A stretch of 58,071 nt of DNA from Gracilinanus agilis (Eukaryota), in the NCBI RefSeq assembly GCF_016433145.1, contig NC_058132.1:88863392-88921462 (forward strand), read 5' to 3'. This document shows, one piece after another, positions 47,490-58,071 of the stretch (position 1 is the first letter of the stretch; each line of letters starts with the position of its first letter). A program made the position numbers and the translations under genes. A model generated the notes under the pieces. That model was not told the DNA's origin and searched no databases. It was given only the letters and a program-made list of their open reading frames with translations.

Positions 47490-50200
47490 AATTCTCCATT
47501 TGCTTTGATGATGTCTTTCCAAAAAATGTAGGAAAAAGTGGGGAAATCAGGTACATTGGATTTATTTCTTATCAATAGGAATAGAACTAATGGCTAGGTG
47601 GAAATGATAGGAAAATTTGAGAGAGAAGTACACAATTTATCTAAGAGATATTGATTAGCAGGGAAATCTAGTCTGAGAGAAGTGAGATGGAAAGAAAAAC
47701 TTTCAAAATTTCCCAGAAATCTAAGTGGGATTTCAATGAATAAGTCTCTGTAAGGAAAATGACCTCAAAAGGAATGAAATACTCTCAAGAATTAACAAAG
47801 ACAAAGATTCCAATATTTAAAAGTTAAGGTGCAGTCTAAATAAGTTAATGTGGAAAGATGTGTAATACAAAGGCTATTTCCATTTATAAATGTCAAAATA
47901 TTAGAAGAAAAGGCAAATAAGATAAGATTAAAAATTAGCAAAAGCTAGTTTTTATATATTTATGTATATATAACTATATAATTATATATATGACTATATA
48001 AAATCCAGATAATTTGAGGCTTTGTATGGATTATAAGTATAAAAATAGAGCAAGAAAGGGATAGGATTGATGCTCTAAGTAGAATGGATATTGATGGAGA
48101 AAAGAATGAGTTATTAACTTCTTCATATATTTAGTTTCTCCATAAAAGATAATAATATTTGTATAGAAGAGATAGAAAATTAAAGGCATAATTTACAGGG
48201 AGTTACAAAGCAAAATAAGAAAGGCATTTGTAAGAGAGCACTAACAGCCCTCAATTTATTTTCAGAACAGGTCTTTATGGACTAGCTATTCCTTAGCTAT
48301 TTTCATAAAAGACTGAAAAAGCCTTGAGATATTGGAGTGGTGATAAAGTTCTAGAGTTAGGAATGTTGTTACTATATTCACAAGGGAAAATATGGGTTCG
48401 TCATAATGTAAGTTGGTGAACATGATTTTGATTCCTACAAATATTCTAGAGATCTAAAATCTGAAGATTTCTGGAAAATTAAAAGAATAAATTGTAAAAT
48501 TCTTTGTCATGAGAAACTGTTTTCTATCAGTGGAAAAGGATGGAATAAAGAGGGAAACTAACTGGTGTAAAACAAATACCATTAAATTCCATTTAAAAAA
48601 AGAAAAGTTTCTTAGAAAAGAAGAAAATAATGTAAGATTAATTTGTGGACCATTTAAAACAGGCCTTGCCAGAATAATGTAACTTCATTTCTCTCTTTCT
48701 CTTCCTTCCTCTTTTCCTTCCTCCCTTCTTTCCTTCTTTTTTTTCCTTCCTTTCTTCCATGTGTTATTAGCCTAACTGATAAAAGAAATTCCAAAGGCAT
48801 AATATACTTCTATTTAAGTAAGAAATTTAGTAAAATATTTCTTAACAACTTTGCATAAACCACTGAAAGTTTGTCTTTCATTCATAGATGATGAAGTGGT
48901 ATTGCCCAAAGAATGGTAATTACTGTTATTGTTGGAGGAAGATACTTGTTTAGTTCTATAAATTATCTGTCACTTATGCCATTAGGTTTATGTATGACTT
49001 TAGCATAAGGCATATGATCATAGGTTCTCAACTAGGAAATAGACACAAAGTTGGGAGGATAGTTAAGAAGCTATCTCCCACCCTTACCACTCTTCCACCT
49101 ATGGTCTAATACACAGAAGTTAAGGGTTTAAAAATGTAAAAAAATAAACAAACAAACAAACAAACAAATAGATGAATGAATGAATGAATGAATGAATGAA
49201 TGAATGAATGAATGAATGAATAAAGAAGCTATCTGACAGACCCAGAATGTCCAACATCTTATTTGGCTACTACATAAATATATCTTATTTAACAAGTGGA
49301 AATTAATTTTGATATTTGTACTGACTTATGATTTTAATGAGGTATATATTCTTCCCATTGATACGATTCATATCCCTTCCAGCCATTTTTGTTTTCATAT
49401 AATTCTTGTACAAGTTTGTAAAGACTTTGTATAGGCTCAGTCTAAGGTTAAGAAGACTTTATTATCATCATTTTAATATTCATCAGAAAGCAATACACCA
49501 CATGAATATTTAACTCATTGTCATATGCCAGTCACATTTCTTTAGATGTCATCACATGTATGTCTTTATAAAGCCACATCATTTCTCTACACCTTATGTC
49601 CTTGAAAATGTCTTTAATGAACTTACTTATGTGCCTGTCATCATTAGTAACATAATGGAGTCTAAAAAAAATTTGCCATTGGACTCTAGAAGTAAACTAC
49701 CAAAATACAAGATGAAAGAAATGTGTCTAGAAATCACAGAGAAAAAAATGCCTGTGTTTTTGTGGACTGCAAGTTCAATGTAAGTTAATTTAACCAATAT
49801 GTCTAATATGACTTGGTATCTATCAATACAATTGTCTAAAAGGAATCACATATGGCATAGTGGATTGGGCATTGAATCTAGTCCCAGGAAAATATGTCCA
49901 AATGCTTCCTCACACATTTACTAGTTCTGTGACCATAGGAAAGGCCTCTGTGCTTTTGTTTCCTTATCTCTAAACTAAAAGTGGTTGGAATTATTTGCCT
50001 CTCATTTTCTTTTTATTTCTAAATCTAAGGATTTGTGATCTTGATGTTTTCTGCCAAGATTTGACTGTATTCAGGGTAAATGTGTAGTTCAGGAAACTAC
50101 ATTTTGGAAAGGACATTGATAAATTTTAGTGTGATCAGATGTAGACAAACAGGACAGTGAGTGGATCAATATTTTTATTAAATGAAGAAGAGAAGCCAGA
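47490..50200 (+). mobile_element. Long CR1/L3 LINE fossil (end of endonuclease through RT to 3' region), interrupted
   Basis: Collinear decayed segments: LDLILTN-like (47550-47590), NV.PIFKKG..YRPVSL-like (48360-48460), C.TNLISF and YLDFSKAF-like (48660-48830), and ggacattgataaattttagtgtgatcaga (50110). Confidence 0.6.
49077..49222 (+). mobile_element. 5'-truncated SINE 3' end with (AAAC)n(GAAT)n tail
   Basis: cccacccttaccactcttccacctatg...gaagttaagggtttaaaa. Perfect 12-bp TSD aagaagctatct at 49065-49076 and 49223-49234. Confidence 0.9.
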
Positions 50201-50289
50201 AAGATCTATATTCAGGTCTCTGAATAGCTTTGGTAGGTGGTAGGAGGAAGGTGAAAGAAATGTTGGATTTGAAGTCCAGAGAACTAAGT

Positions 50290-50340
50290 ACGTATATGTA
50301 TGTGTGTGTGTGTGTGTGTATGTGTGTATGTGTGTGTATC
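50290..50340. repeat. (TG)n microsatellite
   Basis: tatgtatgtgtgtgtgtgtgtgtgtatgtgtg. Confidence 0.9.
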
Positions 50341-50789
50341 CATTCCAGTATTAACTATCTGCATGACTCTTGGCAATGGGTTTGATCTCTCAGAGCCACA
50401 GTTTCTAAATCAATAAAATGGGGATAAAGGTATTTAATGTACCTTCATTATAGAGGTTTTCTTTAAGAAAGGACTTTGTAAATATTTAAGTCCTTTTGAA
50501 ATATGAACTATTATCAATACCACTTAATTGAGTGATAATGCCCATTGCTCATACGCTGTCTACACTTTTATGTACATATATCTTGTCTCTGCTGTTGATT
50601 TATAACTCTTCAAGAACATCAAAACCATCAGTTTAGTTGTGGCTCATTCATTCTCTTGCATTGTCAAATCGAGCTATTCACTGGAACCTCTGTCTTTTTT
50701 AGAATTATTTTTAATTATTTAGGTATGAAAGATGACAATCCTTTCCCTAAGTCATAGAATGTTGTAAGCTGTGAATAACATGGAAATGG

Positions 50790-51580
50790 TTCAGAAAGTT
50801 AATATATAAGAAAATATAACCACCTTCAGGGAAGAAGAGACTTTCTGAGACCAGCTTCCCTCTTCCTTTAGACACTTTATCTTTACTTACTGGCCAGTGA
50901 ATGCCCAATAAGCATTCTATCAAAAATGTCTTCTTTTTAGGGAAATCAATGCCCTAGTTGCAGGCCAAAGAAGCTGCTGATACTACAGGGGAGTGAACCA
51001 AGGAAAGCACAGAAAGGTAAACCCCCTGTCTTGAAGGAAGAAAGTCTCAGAATCATTCAGTAACCATGTCAATAAAGACCTACTGATTCTCCTCTCTTCC
51101 CTCCTTATCCAATGGCTAGACTTCCTTCTCAAGTCTGAGTTTACTGAGAGCATTCTTAGACTAGGATGGGTTTCTTACTAAGTCAGGGACCTTACCTGTC
51201 CTGGGACCCTGTAGGACTGAAGAGAATTACTGTCTGACTGGATGGAGACAGGTTTTGTCCCTTGTATAGTCTATGCCCCATGAAACTCAAATGATTTATA
51301 TTCAGGTTTTTAGATACTCTTGTATTCCCATAGGTTTTCAGGTGGATTGGATGAAACAGGGACAACCAGTTGGAATGAGTATTGGAGGATGTTTCTCAGC
51401 TCACAATCCTCAGGATTTAGGACTCAGGGTCCCTAGAGTGGTATCTTTGGAATCAAGGGATAGTCAGGCAAAGAGGGATCCTAGACATAGCCTACTTTGG
51501 AGTCCCTTGGGGCATAATTACTCAAAGAGCAAATCTGTCTTTTCCTTAATTAAATAATGACTATAAATATAACTTGTTCT
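50790..51580. mobile_element. LTR-like repeat, unclassified
   Basis: GC-richer, LTR-like text; ends not resolved. Confidence 0.3.
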
Positions 51581-51785
51581 AAAAACAAAAACAAAAATCA
51601 CTTTTATCTTTATTATCAAATTTGGATCCATAATTTCTGGTATAATAGGTAGAATAGATATTATTATTGTTTTTTGAAATTCAGTTTGGCAAATGGAAAT
51701 ATTTTTCTAATAGCTGAATTTCGGAATCATAGACCATAGAGATTATCAAATTTGTGTTATTCTCTATCCTCACCTCTCATTTTGA

Positions 51786-51980
51786 AGGGCAGCTGGGTAG
51801 CTCAGTGGATTGAGAGCCAGGCCTAGAGACAGGAGGTCCTAGGTTCAAATCTGGCCTCGGACACTTCCCAGCTGTGTGACCCTGGGCAAGTCACTTGACC
51901 CCCATTGCCTACCCTTACCACTCTTCCACCTATAAGTCAATACACAGAAGTTAAGGGTTAAAAAAAAAAAAAAAAAGAAA
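51786..51980 (+). mobile_element. tRNA-derived SINE (SINE1_Mdo-like), young
   Basis: A and B boxes, long A tail, perfect 14-bp TSD acctctcattttga at 51772-51785 and 51981-51994. Confidence 0.95.
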
Positions 51981-52926
51981 ACCTCTCATTTTGAGAATCG
52001 TTCTATTCCTTCAAGCCATAGTTAAGTGCTTACTGTCTATACATGGATTTTCCTGATATCCCCTCCCTGTTGTTAGGAATCCACATAGACATTTTTACTC
52101 ATATTTATTCATCTATGAAAATGTTATATCATTCTAATCAGAAAAAAAGAGTAGGACGCTTTTATTTCTGGCCTTTGTTTCCCTTGCTCCCAAGATATTG
52201 TCTTGCCCAGAGTAGTCACTGAAGCACTCAATAAACTGTAGGACTGAATCAGACTTATTTTACTTCTTAAAAAAAACTAAGGACTAGAAAGGTTTAAAAG
52301 TTTGCATAACATGAAAGTTGTAGTAAGTGGAGGCATAAGTCAAATCCATGTACTCAAAATGAATCAATTTTTCCACTTCTTTGTGCCACTTATTATCCAT
52401 GTAACATTGGCTTTATTCACAAACTTTCTGTGCCTTAGCTCCTTCCTTCGTATAACAGATGTTTTCATTGTCTCTTTTTAAGAGTAATATGAGGAAATAT
52501 TTATAAATGATTAAGTGCCATATAGATATCATCATTATCAATACATGTATATGTGTATCTATCACTACTAAATCACTAAATCTAAGTAAGCTGAGATGTG
52601 CAGATGGTATAGTACTAGATGCACAGTCAGGAAAGCCCAATTTCAAATCTGGCTTCAGGCACTTACTAGCTGTGTGACTGTGTGACTTCATTTTACAGAT
52701 GAAGAGACCATGGAGAAATTATTGATTTGCCATGGTCTCTTCATCTATAAAATGAACACAATAATACTTTTTAGTTTTGTTGTTAGGATGAGACATTTAA
52801 AGCCAGTCAGATACTTAATTAATAAACATTTATTAGAAGTAGGAGTGAAGGCAGAAGATGTCAGGAGTAATGCAAATCTGAAACATGAAAAAGCAAGATT
52901 ATCAATAAAAGAAGGAAGCAAGGGAT

Positions 52927-53533
52927 TGTTAACTTAGAAAAAACACAGAACTATAAAATAGTCATAAAGCCACTCTTTAATCAAGGGAAAGGGGGAACAG
53001 GGCTGATTAGGCCTCTAAGAGCTGTGCCTTATGCAGAGTGAACTCTGCTTTGCTCTTCTCCCTGACCCCCTGGGAGTGCCACCCCACTAGAAGAGGACTC
53101 CAAGGAACAAAAGAAATTAGGGAACTTATATACCATTCGGGAAGATCCAGGGGCTAGGAAATATGATTTACATGATACTGGTAAGGATGGGATTTACCAT
53201 CAAGCTTGGGAAAAGAATCATAGCCAGAGGGTAGTGGGTAAGGGAAGGGGCTACTTACAATGGATGCTAAGGATAGTCCCTACCCAGGTGTGCCTTCCTG
53301 GGAAAGGGTCTTTGAAACAATGGGGAAGACTATCCAAGGCAAAATTAGCATATACCCTGGGGTCCATTATTCAGTCTGCCACTGCTAGCCTGAGATTCCT
53401 TCAGGGTGGATTCTCAGGGGAAGAGGGAAGCATAAGCTTTGGGGATCTCCATCCTACAAGCTATTTCTAAAACTTGGGGTTCATCAGATCTTGCTAAGCC
53501 ACAAGTTTTGGGTCTCTAGATTCCGCATCAACA
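52927..53533 (-). mobile_element. Solo LTR
   Basis: TGTTAA...TCAACA termini, possible 4-bp TSD ggat/gaat, ATTAAA on the minus strand about 50 bp from the left end. Confidence 0.6.
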
Positions 53534-53849
53534 GAATCCAACAGAAGATTTTAATTTATATTTCTTTAATCCATGGTGATTTAAACATTTTGTCTAATTA
53601 GGCATAGCTTTGATTTCTTATTTTGAAAACTGTCTGTATATATTATTTAATCATTTATCAATTGGGGAATGAGCCTAATTTTATAAGGTTAATGCAGTTC
53701 GTTATATATTTGATAAATGAAAACTATATCAGAGATAGTTGATGTAATGTTTTCTTTTTTAATTTTACTTCATGTAGTACCCTTTAGAAAAATGTAGTTT
53801 CTGTGATTTTCTCTCTTATTTAGATATATTTTTTTAAATCATTATTATT

Positions 53850-54715
53850 ATTTTTTATTTTTAGAAAAAAAATTTCCATGGTTACATGTTTCAGGTTCTT
53901 ACTCTCCCCTCCACTCACCCCAAACTCCCACCCACCATAACAGATGCAGATTTCCACTGGTTTCTTCAAGTGTCATCAATCAAGACCTATTTCCATATCA
54001 CTGATAATTGCTCTAGGGTGGTTGTTTAGAGTCTACATCTCAAATCATGTCTGCATCAACTCATGCATTCAAGCAGTTGTTTTTCTTCTGTGTTTGTACT
54101 TCTATAGTTCTTCCTCTGAATGTGGATATCATTCTTTTCCATAAATCCCTCAGAATTGAAATGGGTCATTGCATTGCTGCTATTACAGAAGTCCATCACA
54201 TTCAATTTTACCACAGTGTATCAGTCTCTGTGTACAATGTGCTCCTGGTTTTGCTCCTTTCACTCTGCATCAATTCCTGGAGGTTGTGTTATTTTAAAGT
54301 GCTGGGGTTCTATTTGGAAGGATTGAGCCTCAAGATATGTAGTGTTTAACAAACTTCCTATGGACATGTGGGGGACCTTGGAAGTACATTTCCCGTGGTC
54401 CTAGGGGTTTCCTGTTTTAGATGACATCTTCAAGGTGAGGGACAGCTTTAAATATTGGGAAGTGGCTTTGAACTTCCTTTTTTTTTAGTTACCTGAGCTT
54501 GTGAAGGTAGGAAAAGTAAAATGGCTGAGGCAAGGTTTGAATAGGTTTCTTACAGGCGTGTGGTCAATTTATTCTATCAGCAATGACTTTTATTAAAATA
54601 CTATTTTCCCTTTTAATCTCGGCCTTCATCATTTTTAAAAATAACAAGGTCTTTCCAGTTCACATGGAATTCCTTTAGTTTATTATTCCTTTGAGCACAA
54701 TAATATTCCATCCTG
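53850..54715 (-). mobile_element. L1 3' end, antisense, split by a small LTR
   Basis: Reverse complement of the 36650-37090 L1 3' region; continuity ...cctggagg[insert]tctttccagttcacatggaattcc. Confidence 0.9.
54287..54646 (+). mobile_element. 360-bp solo-LTR-like insertion with long inverted termini
   Basis: TGTTATTTTAAA...TTTAAAAATAACA. Flanks aggttg and aggtct. ATTAAA about 50 bp before the right end. Confidence 0.75.
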
Positions 54716-55059
54716 TGTGATTCTTGTATGTCAGAAAGTTTTCCTCATTCTACCAATCTCCCCATCACCTGTCTAGTTCATGCCTCCTTATCCTTCATTT
54801 TTGTGAGATTAAATCAACATAATCCACTTATATTCCTGACCTTTGCCTAGGTAGATTGTTTCTAACTGCTTCACTAATAATAAAGTTCTTCTGTATTACA
54901 TGTATCATCTTATCATATAGAGTTATAAACAGTTTAACTTCATTGAATTATATATGTTTTCTTTCATTTTTACCTTTTCATGTTTCTTTTGAGTCTTCTC
55001 TTTCAATGTTAACTTTTCTATTGAAATCTATTTTCTTTTCAATAGGAATGTTTGAATAT

Positions 55060-55480
55060 ATCCTTTTTCATTAAATATTCATTTTTTCCTCGATACGGTT
55101 ATACTCTATTCTACTGGATAGGTTTTAATCCTCACTCATTTGCCTTCTGGAATACCACATTCCAAACCCTCTACTTCTTTAGGGACATAGTTTCTAAATC
55201 TTATGTGAATATGGCTGTGATTCCATGATATATGAATTTTTTATTTTTAGCTATTTGCAATATTTTCTCCATGACCTAGGGATTTTGAAATTTGCCTTTA
55301 ACAATGAAATTTCCAAGGAATTATCATTTTGGAACTCTTTCAATAGGGAACTGGTAGAGTCTTTACATTTCTATTTTACCTCTGATTCTAAAATATCAGA
55401 GCTGTTTTTCTTGATAATTTCTTGAAATATAATATTGAGGTTTTATTTTTTAATCACTCCTTTCAGTAGTCAAAGAATTC
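55060..55480 (-). mobile_element. Old L1 ORF1 remnant, antisense
   Basis: Minus strand caagaaattatcaagaaaaac...ggagaaaatattgcaa...tggaatgtggtattccagaaggcaa. Confidence 0.7.
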
Positions 55481-56325
55481 TGTTTAAAAAAAAATTTAAA
55501 TGATCATCTGGAAGCGATGAAGAGCCAGATGGACCAGACCAAAAAGGAAAACCAAAAGATTATAGCCAAAAATCAGGCTTGAAAGATTAGCATTGGGCAA
55601 GTAGAAGGCAATGATCTTACAAGAGAGCAAGAATTAATAAAGCAAAGTCAAAAGACTGAAAAAATAGAAGGAAACATGAAATATCTCACTGACAAGATGA
55701 CAGACCAAGAAAGCAAGTGTAGAAGAAACAATTTGAGAACCATTGGCTTCCTGAAAAATCAGAGACAAATAGGAATTTTGATGTCATACTAAAAGAAATT
55801 ATCCAAAAAACTGCCCTGTTTTCTTTGAACAAGAGGGCAAAACAAACATTGAAAGAGCCCATAGATCACCCTTCACACTAAATCCTAAAAATACACCCCC
55901 TAGGAATGTTATAATCAAATTCAAAAGCTTCCCAAGTTAAGGAGAAAATATTACAAGAAGCCAGAAGGACACAATTCAGTTATGAAGGAACACCAATCAG
56001 AATTACAAAGGATCTGGCAGCCTCTATGCTAAGAGACTTCAAGGCTTGGATTATGATATTCAAAAAGGGAAGAGAATTGGGTCTACAACCAAAGACTACC
56101 TATTCATCAAAACTGACTAAATACTTCCAGGGGAAAGGGCCATACCTACCAAACTACCAAAAACCTTTTTTACTGCATTAGAAAAAAATATAACAAAGTT
56201 TATTTGGAAGAACAAAAGATCAAGAATATCAAGGGAAATAATAAAAAAAACATGAAGGAAGATGGCTTAGCAGTACCAGATATTAAGCTATACTGTAAAG
56301 CAGCAGTCATTAAAACAATACGGTA

Positions 56326-56501
56326 GGGGCAGCTGGGTAGCTCAGTAGATTGAGAGTCAGGCCTAAAGACAGGAGGTCCTAGGTTCAAATCAGGCCTTAG
56401 ACATTTCCCAGCTGTGTGACCCTGGGCTGGTCACTTGACCCCCATTGCCCACCCTTACCACTCTTCCACCTAGGAGCCAATACACAGAAGTTAAGGGTTT
56501 A
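56326..56501 (+). mobile_element. tRNA-derived SINE (SINE1_Mdo-like) in L1 ORF2
   Basis: TSD aaaacaatacggta (56312-56325) and aaaaaaatatggta (56502-56515). Confidence 0.93.
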
Positions 56502-56536
56502 AAAAAAATATGGTACTGGCTAAGAGATAGAAGGGA

Positions 56537-57149
56537 TGTAAGAATTAAAATTTAGTTATTATAGCTATATATTAAAATTATGTGGCCTCCAGGAATCAAC
56601 AATTCAAGTTGATTCCTTAATTAAATCAGACCCAAGTCAGCATGGGGTTGAAGAGTTTATTTACAATCAGGAAGGTAAGTAGGGATAAAGAGAAGAGGGA
56701 GGTTAGAAGTCTAATAAATGAAGCTGTAAGCCGCAAGGCCCAACAGCCGGATAGGCAGAGTTTAGAATTGGCCCAGCTAGGCCAAGGAAGCCAGCCTAAC
56801 TTACCCACATGACAATACAGAGCATAAGCTGTCTGTGGTCTCAGGAGATGCTTCTTCCTCTAGTTCCAGACGGCAACTGCCCCCACAGGAAGTTCACTCA
56901 CTTACTTAAAGAGATCATGTCTTTCATCACTTCCTGTGGTCCACCTCTAATTCAAATGGACAAATGGCAGTTTCTACATTGATTTGGACTGCCCAAAGGG
57001 CAGTCCCTTATTCTTGATTTGTTACTTATTGTCACGTGTGGGTAACTCGTCTCCCCTCCCCACTAAGGGAGGTGGGAGTGACATCATTAGCACGCCTGGG
57101 TTGAGTAGATTTTTGACTATTAATGGGATAGAGCTAATTTCTATTTACA
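56537..57149 (-). mobile_element. Solo LTR (613 bp) in L1 ORF2
   Basis: TGTAA...TTACA termini, TSD aaggga/caggga, minus-strand AATAAA near 56660. L1 text agaaggga|ggatcagtggaatagac is restored on removal. Confidence 0.88.
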
Positions 57150-57516
57150 CAGGGAGGATCAGTGGAATAGACTTGGGGTAAGTGACATCAGCAAAACAGT
57201 GTATGATCAACCCAAAGAGCCCAATTTTGGGAACAAAAATACACTATTTGACAAAAACTGCTGGGAAAATTGGAAAACAATATGGGAGAGATTAGGTTTA
57301 GATTAACATCCCACACCGTACCCCAAGATAAATTCAGAATGGGTGAAAAACTTGACTATAAAGAAGGAAACTGTAAGTAAATTAGGTGAACTCAGAATAG
57401 TATACTCATCAGATCTCTGGGAAAGGAAAGATTTTAAAACTGAGCAAGAGTTAGAGAAAATTACAAAAGGTAAAATAAATAATTTTGATTATATTAAATT
57501 AAAAAGTTTTTGTACA

Positions 57517-58071
57517 CTTCTGGGTTAAGATGGCTGCAGAGTAAGAAGCAGCTCTTAACCTCTTCTGACCGAAACACACAAAACTCCTCAAGGGGACATA
57601 AAAACAAGTCCAGACGAACGGAGGAACCCCACAACAGGGCACAGAGTGGAAGGTACGTGGAATCGAGACATTTCCAGGCTATAAAGGGCTCTCACTTAAT
57701 CGCGGGCTGAGCAACCACCCCACCCCCACCCCCTCCACACTCATCTATAGCTCCGAACCCAGCTAAAAAGAAATAGAGCAAGTTTGGAGCACCCATCGAG
57801 TCATCAGCAGCTCCGGGACCTGTTCCTGAGAGCAGCAAGACTTAGGACCCCATTAAGTCAAAAAACGCAAGCGAAATCTGAGCGCGGGAGCAGAGAGTGG
57901 ACGCTGGGCGCAGGCATGGGTGGAGGCAGACACAGCCAGGAACTAAAGCTCTGAAAACCTGAGTGGGGAACCAGTGCAGACAGGTATACGACTGTGGAAG
58001 CAGCGCCCTGAGACTTGTAAAGGAACCTCCTGCAGAGGATCAAGCAAGGGGGTCCACCAGGGGGCTTGACC
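57517..58071 (+). mobile_element. 5' end (promoter/5' UTR) of a younger LINE-1, running off the window
   Basis: Abrupt start within the host ORF2. YY1-type motif AAGATGGC at 57527-57534; CpG- and GC-rich compared with the flanks. Confidence 0.75.

Larger units (their letters stand above)
55500..57516 (+). mobile_element. LINE-1 deletion derivative: ORF1 joined directly to post-RT ORF2, interrupted by a SINE and an LTR
   Basis: ORF1 landmarks (agaagaaacaatttgaga, cctaggaatgttata, ggtctacaacca) to 56137, then gccatacctaccaaactacc (ORF2, compare 8581 and 35218) through aaaaagtttttgtaca. Confidence 0.9.

Overview
This is eukaryotic, AT-rich mammalian DNA: a slice of a class I (OR51/OR52) olfactory receptor cluster. 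The SINE complement (SINE1_Mdo-like tRNA-derived SINEs and MAR1-type SINEs) points to a marsupial, most likely an opossum such as Monodelphis; this is inferred from repeat sequence only. The window holds two intact OR51-family paralogues on + (281-1234 and 16182-17141, about 81% amino-acid identity by hand count). It also holds one intact OR52-family gene on - (43322-44266), one OR52-family reading frame on - that is fully open but has no ATG before TM1 (24853-25815), and a short inverted pseudogene fragment of that gene (32104-32355). The rest is mostly transposon debris: several degraded LINE-1s (one with target-site duplications, one ORF1/ORF2 deletion derivative, one CpG-rich 5' end at the right edge), CR1/L3, L2, RTE and MIR fossils, SINEs with clear TSDs, solo-LTR-like elements and a hAT-type MITE. 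Nearly all other ORFs in the track are L1 pieces, antisense shadows of OR genes or noise. I found no new multi-gene biological system. The best leads are: the ATG-less but intact OR52 and its candidate upstream exon; loss of the carboxylate-binding TM6 arginine in one OR51 paralogue; and a SINE point mutation that creates a poly(A) signal in that gene's 3' UTR. A 0.4-kb duplication around the single N at 30915 is probably an assembly artefact.
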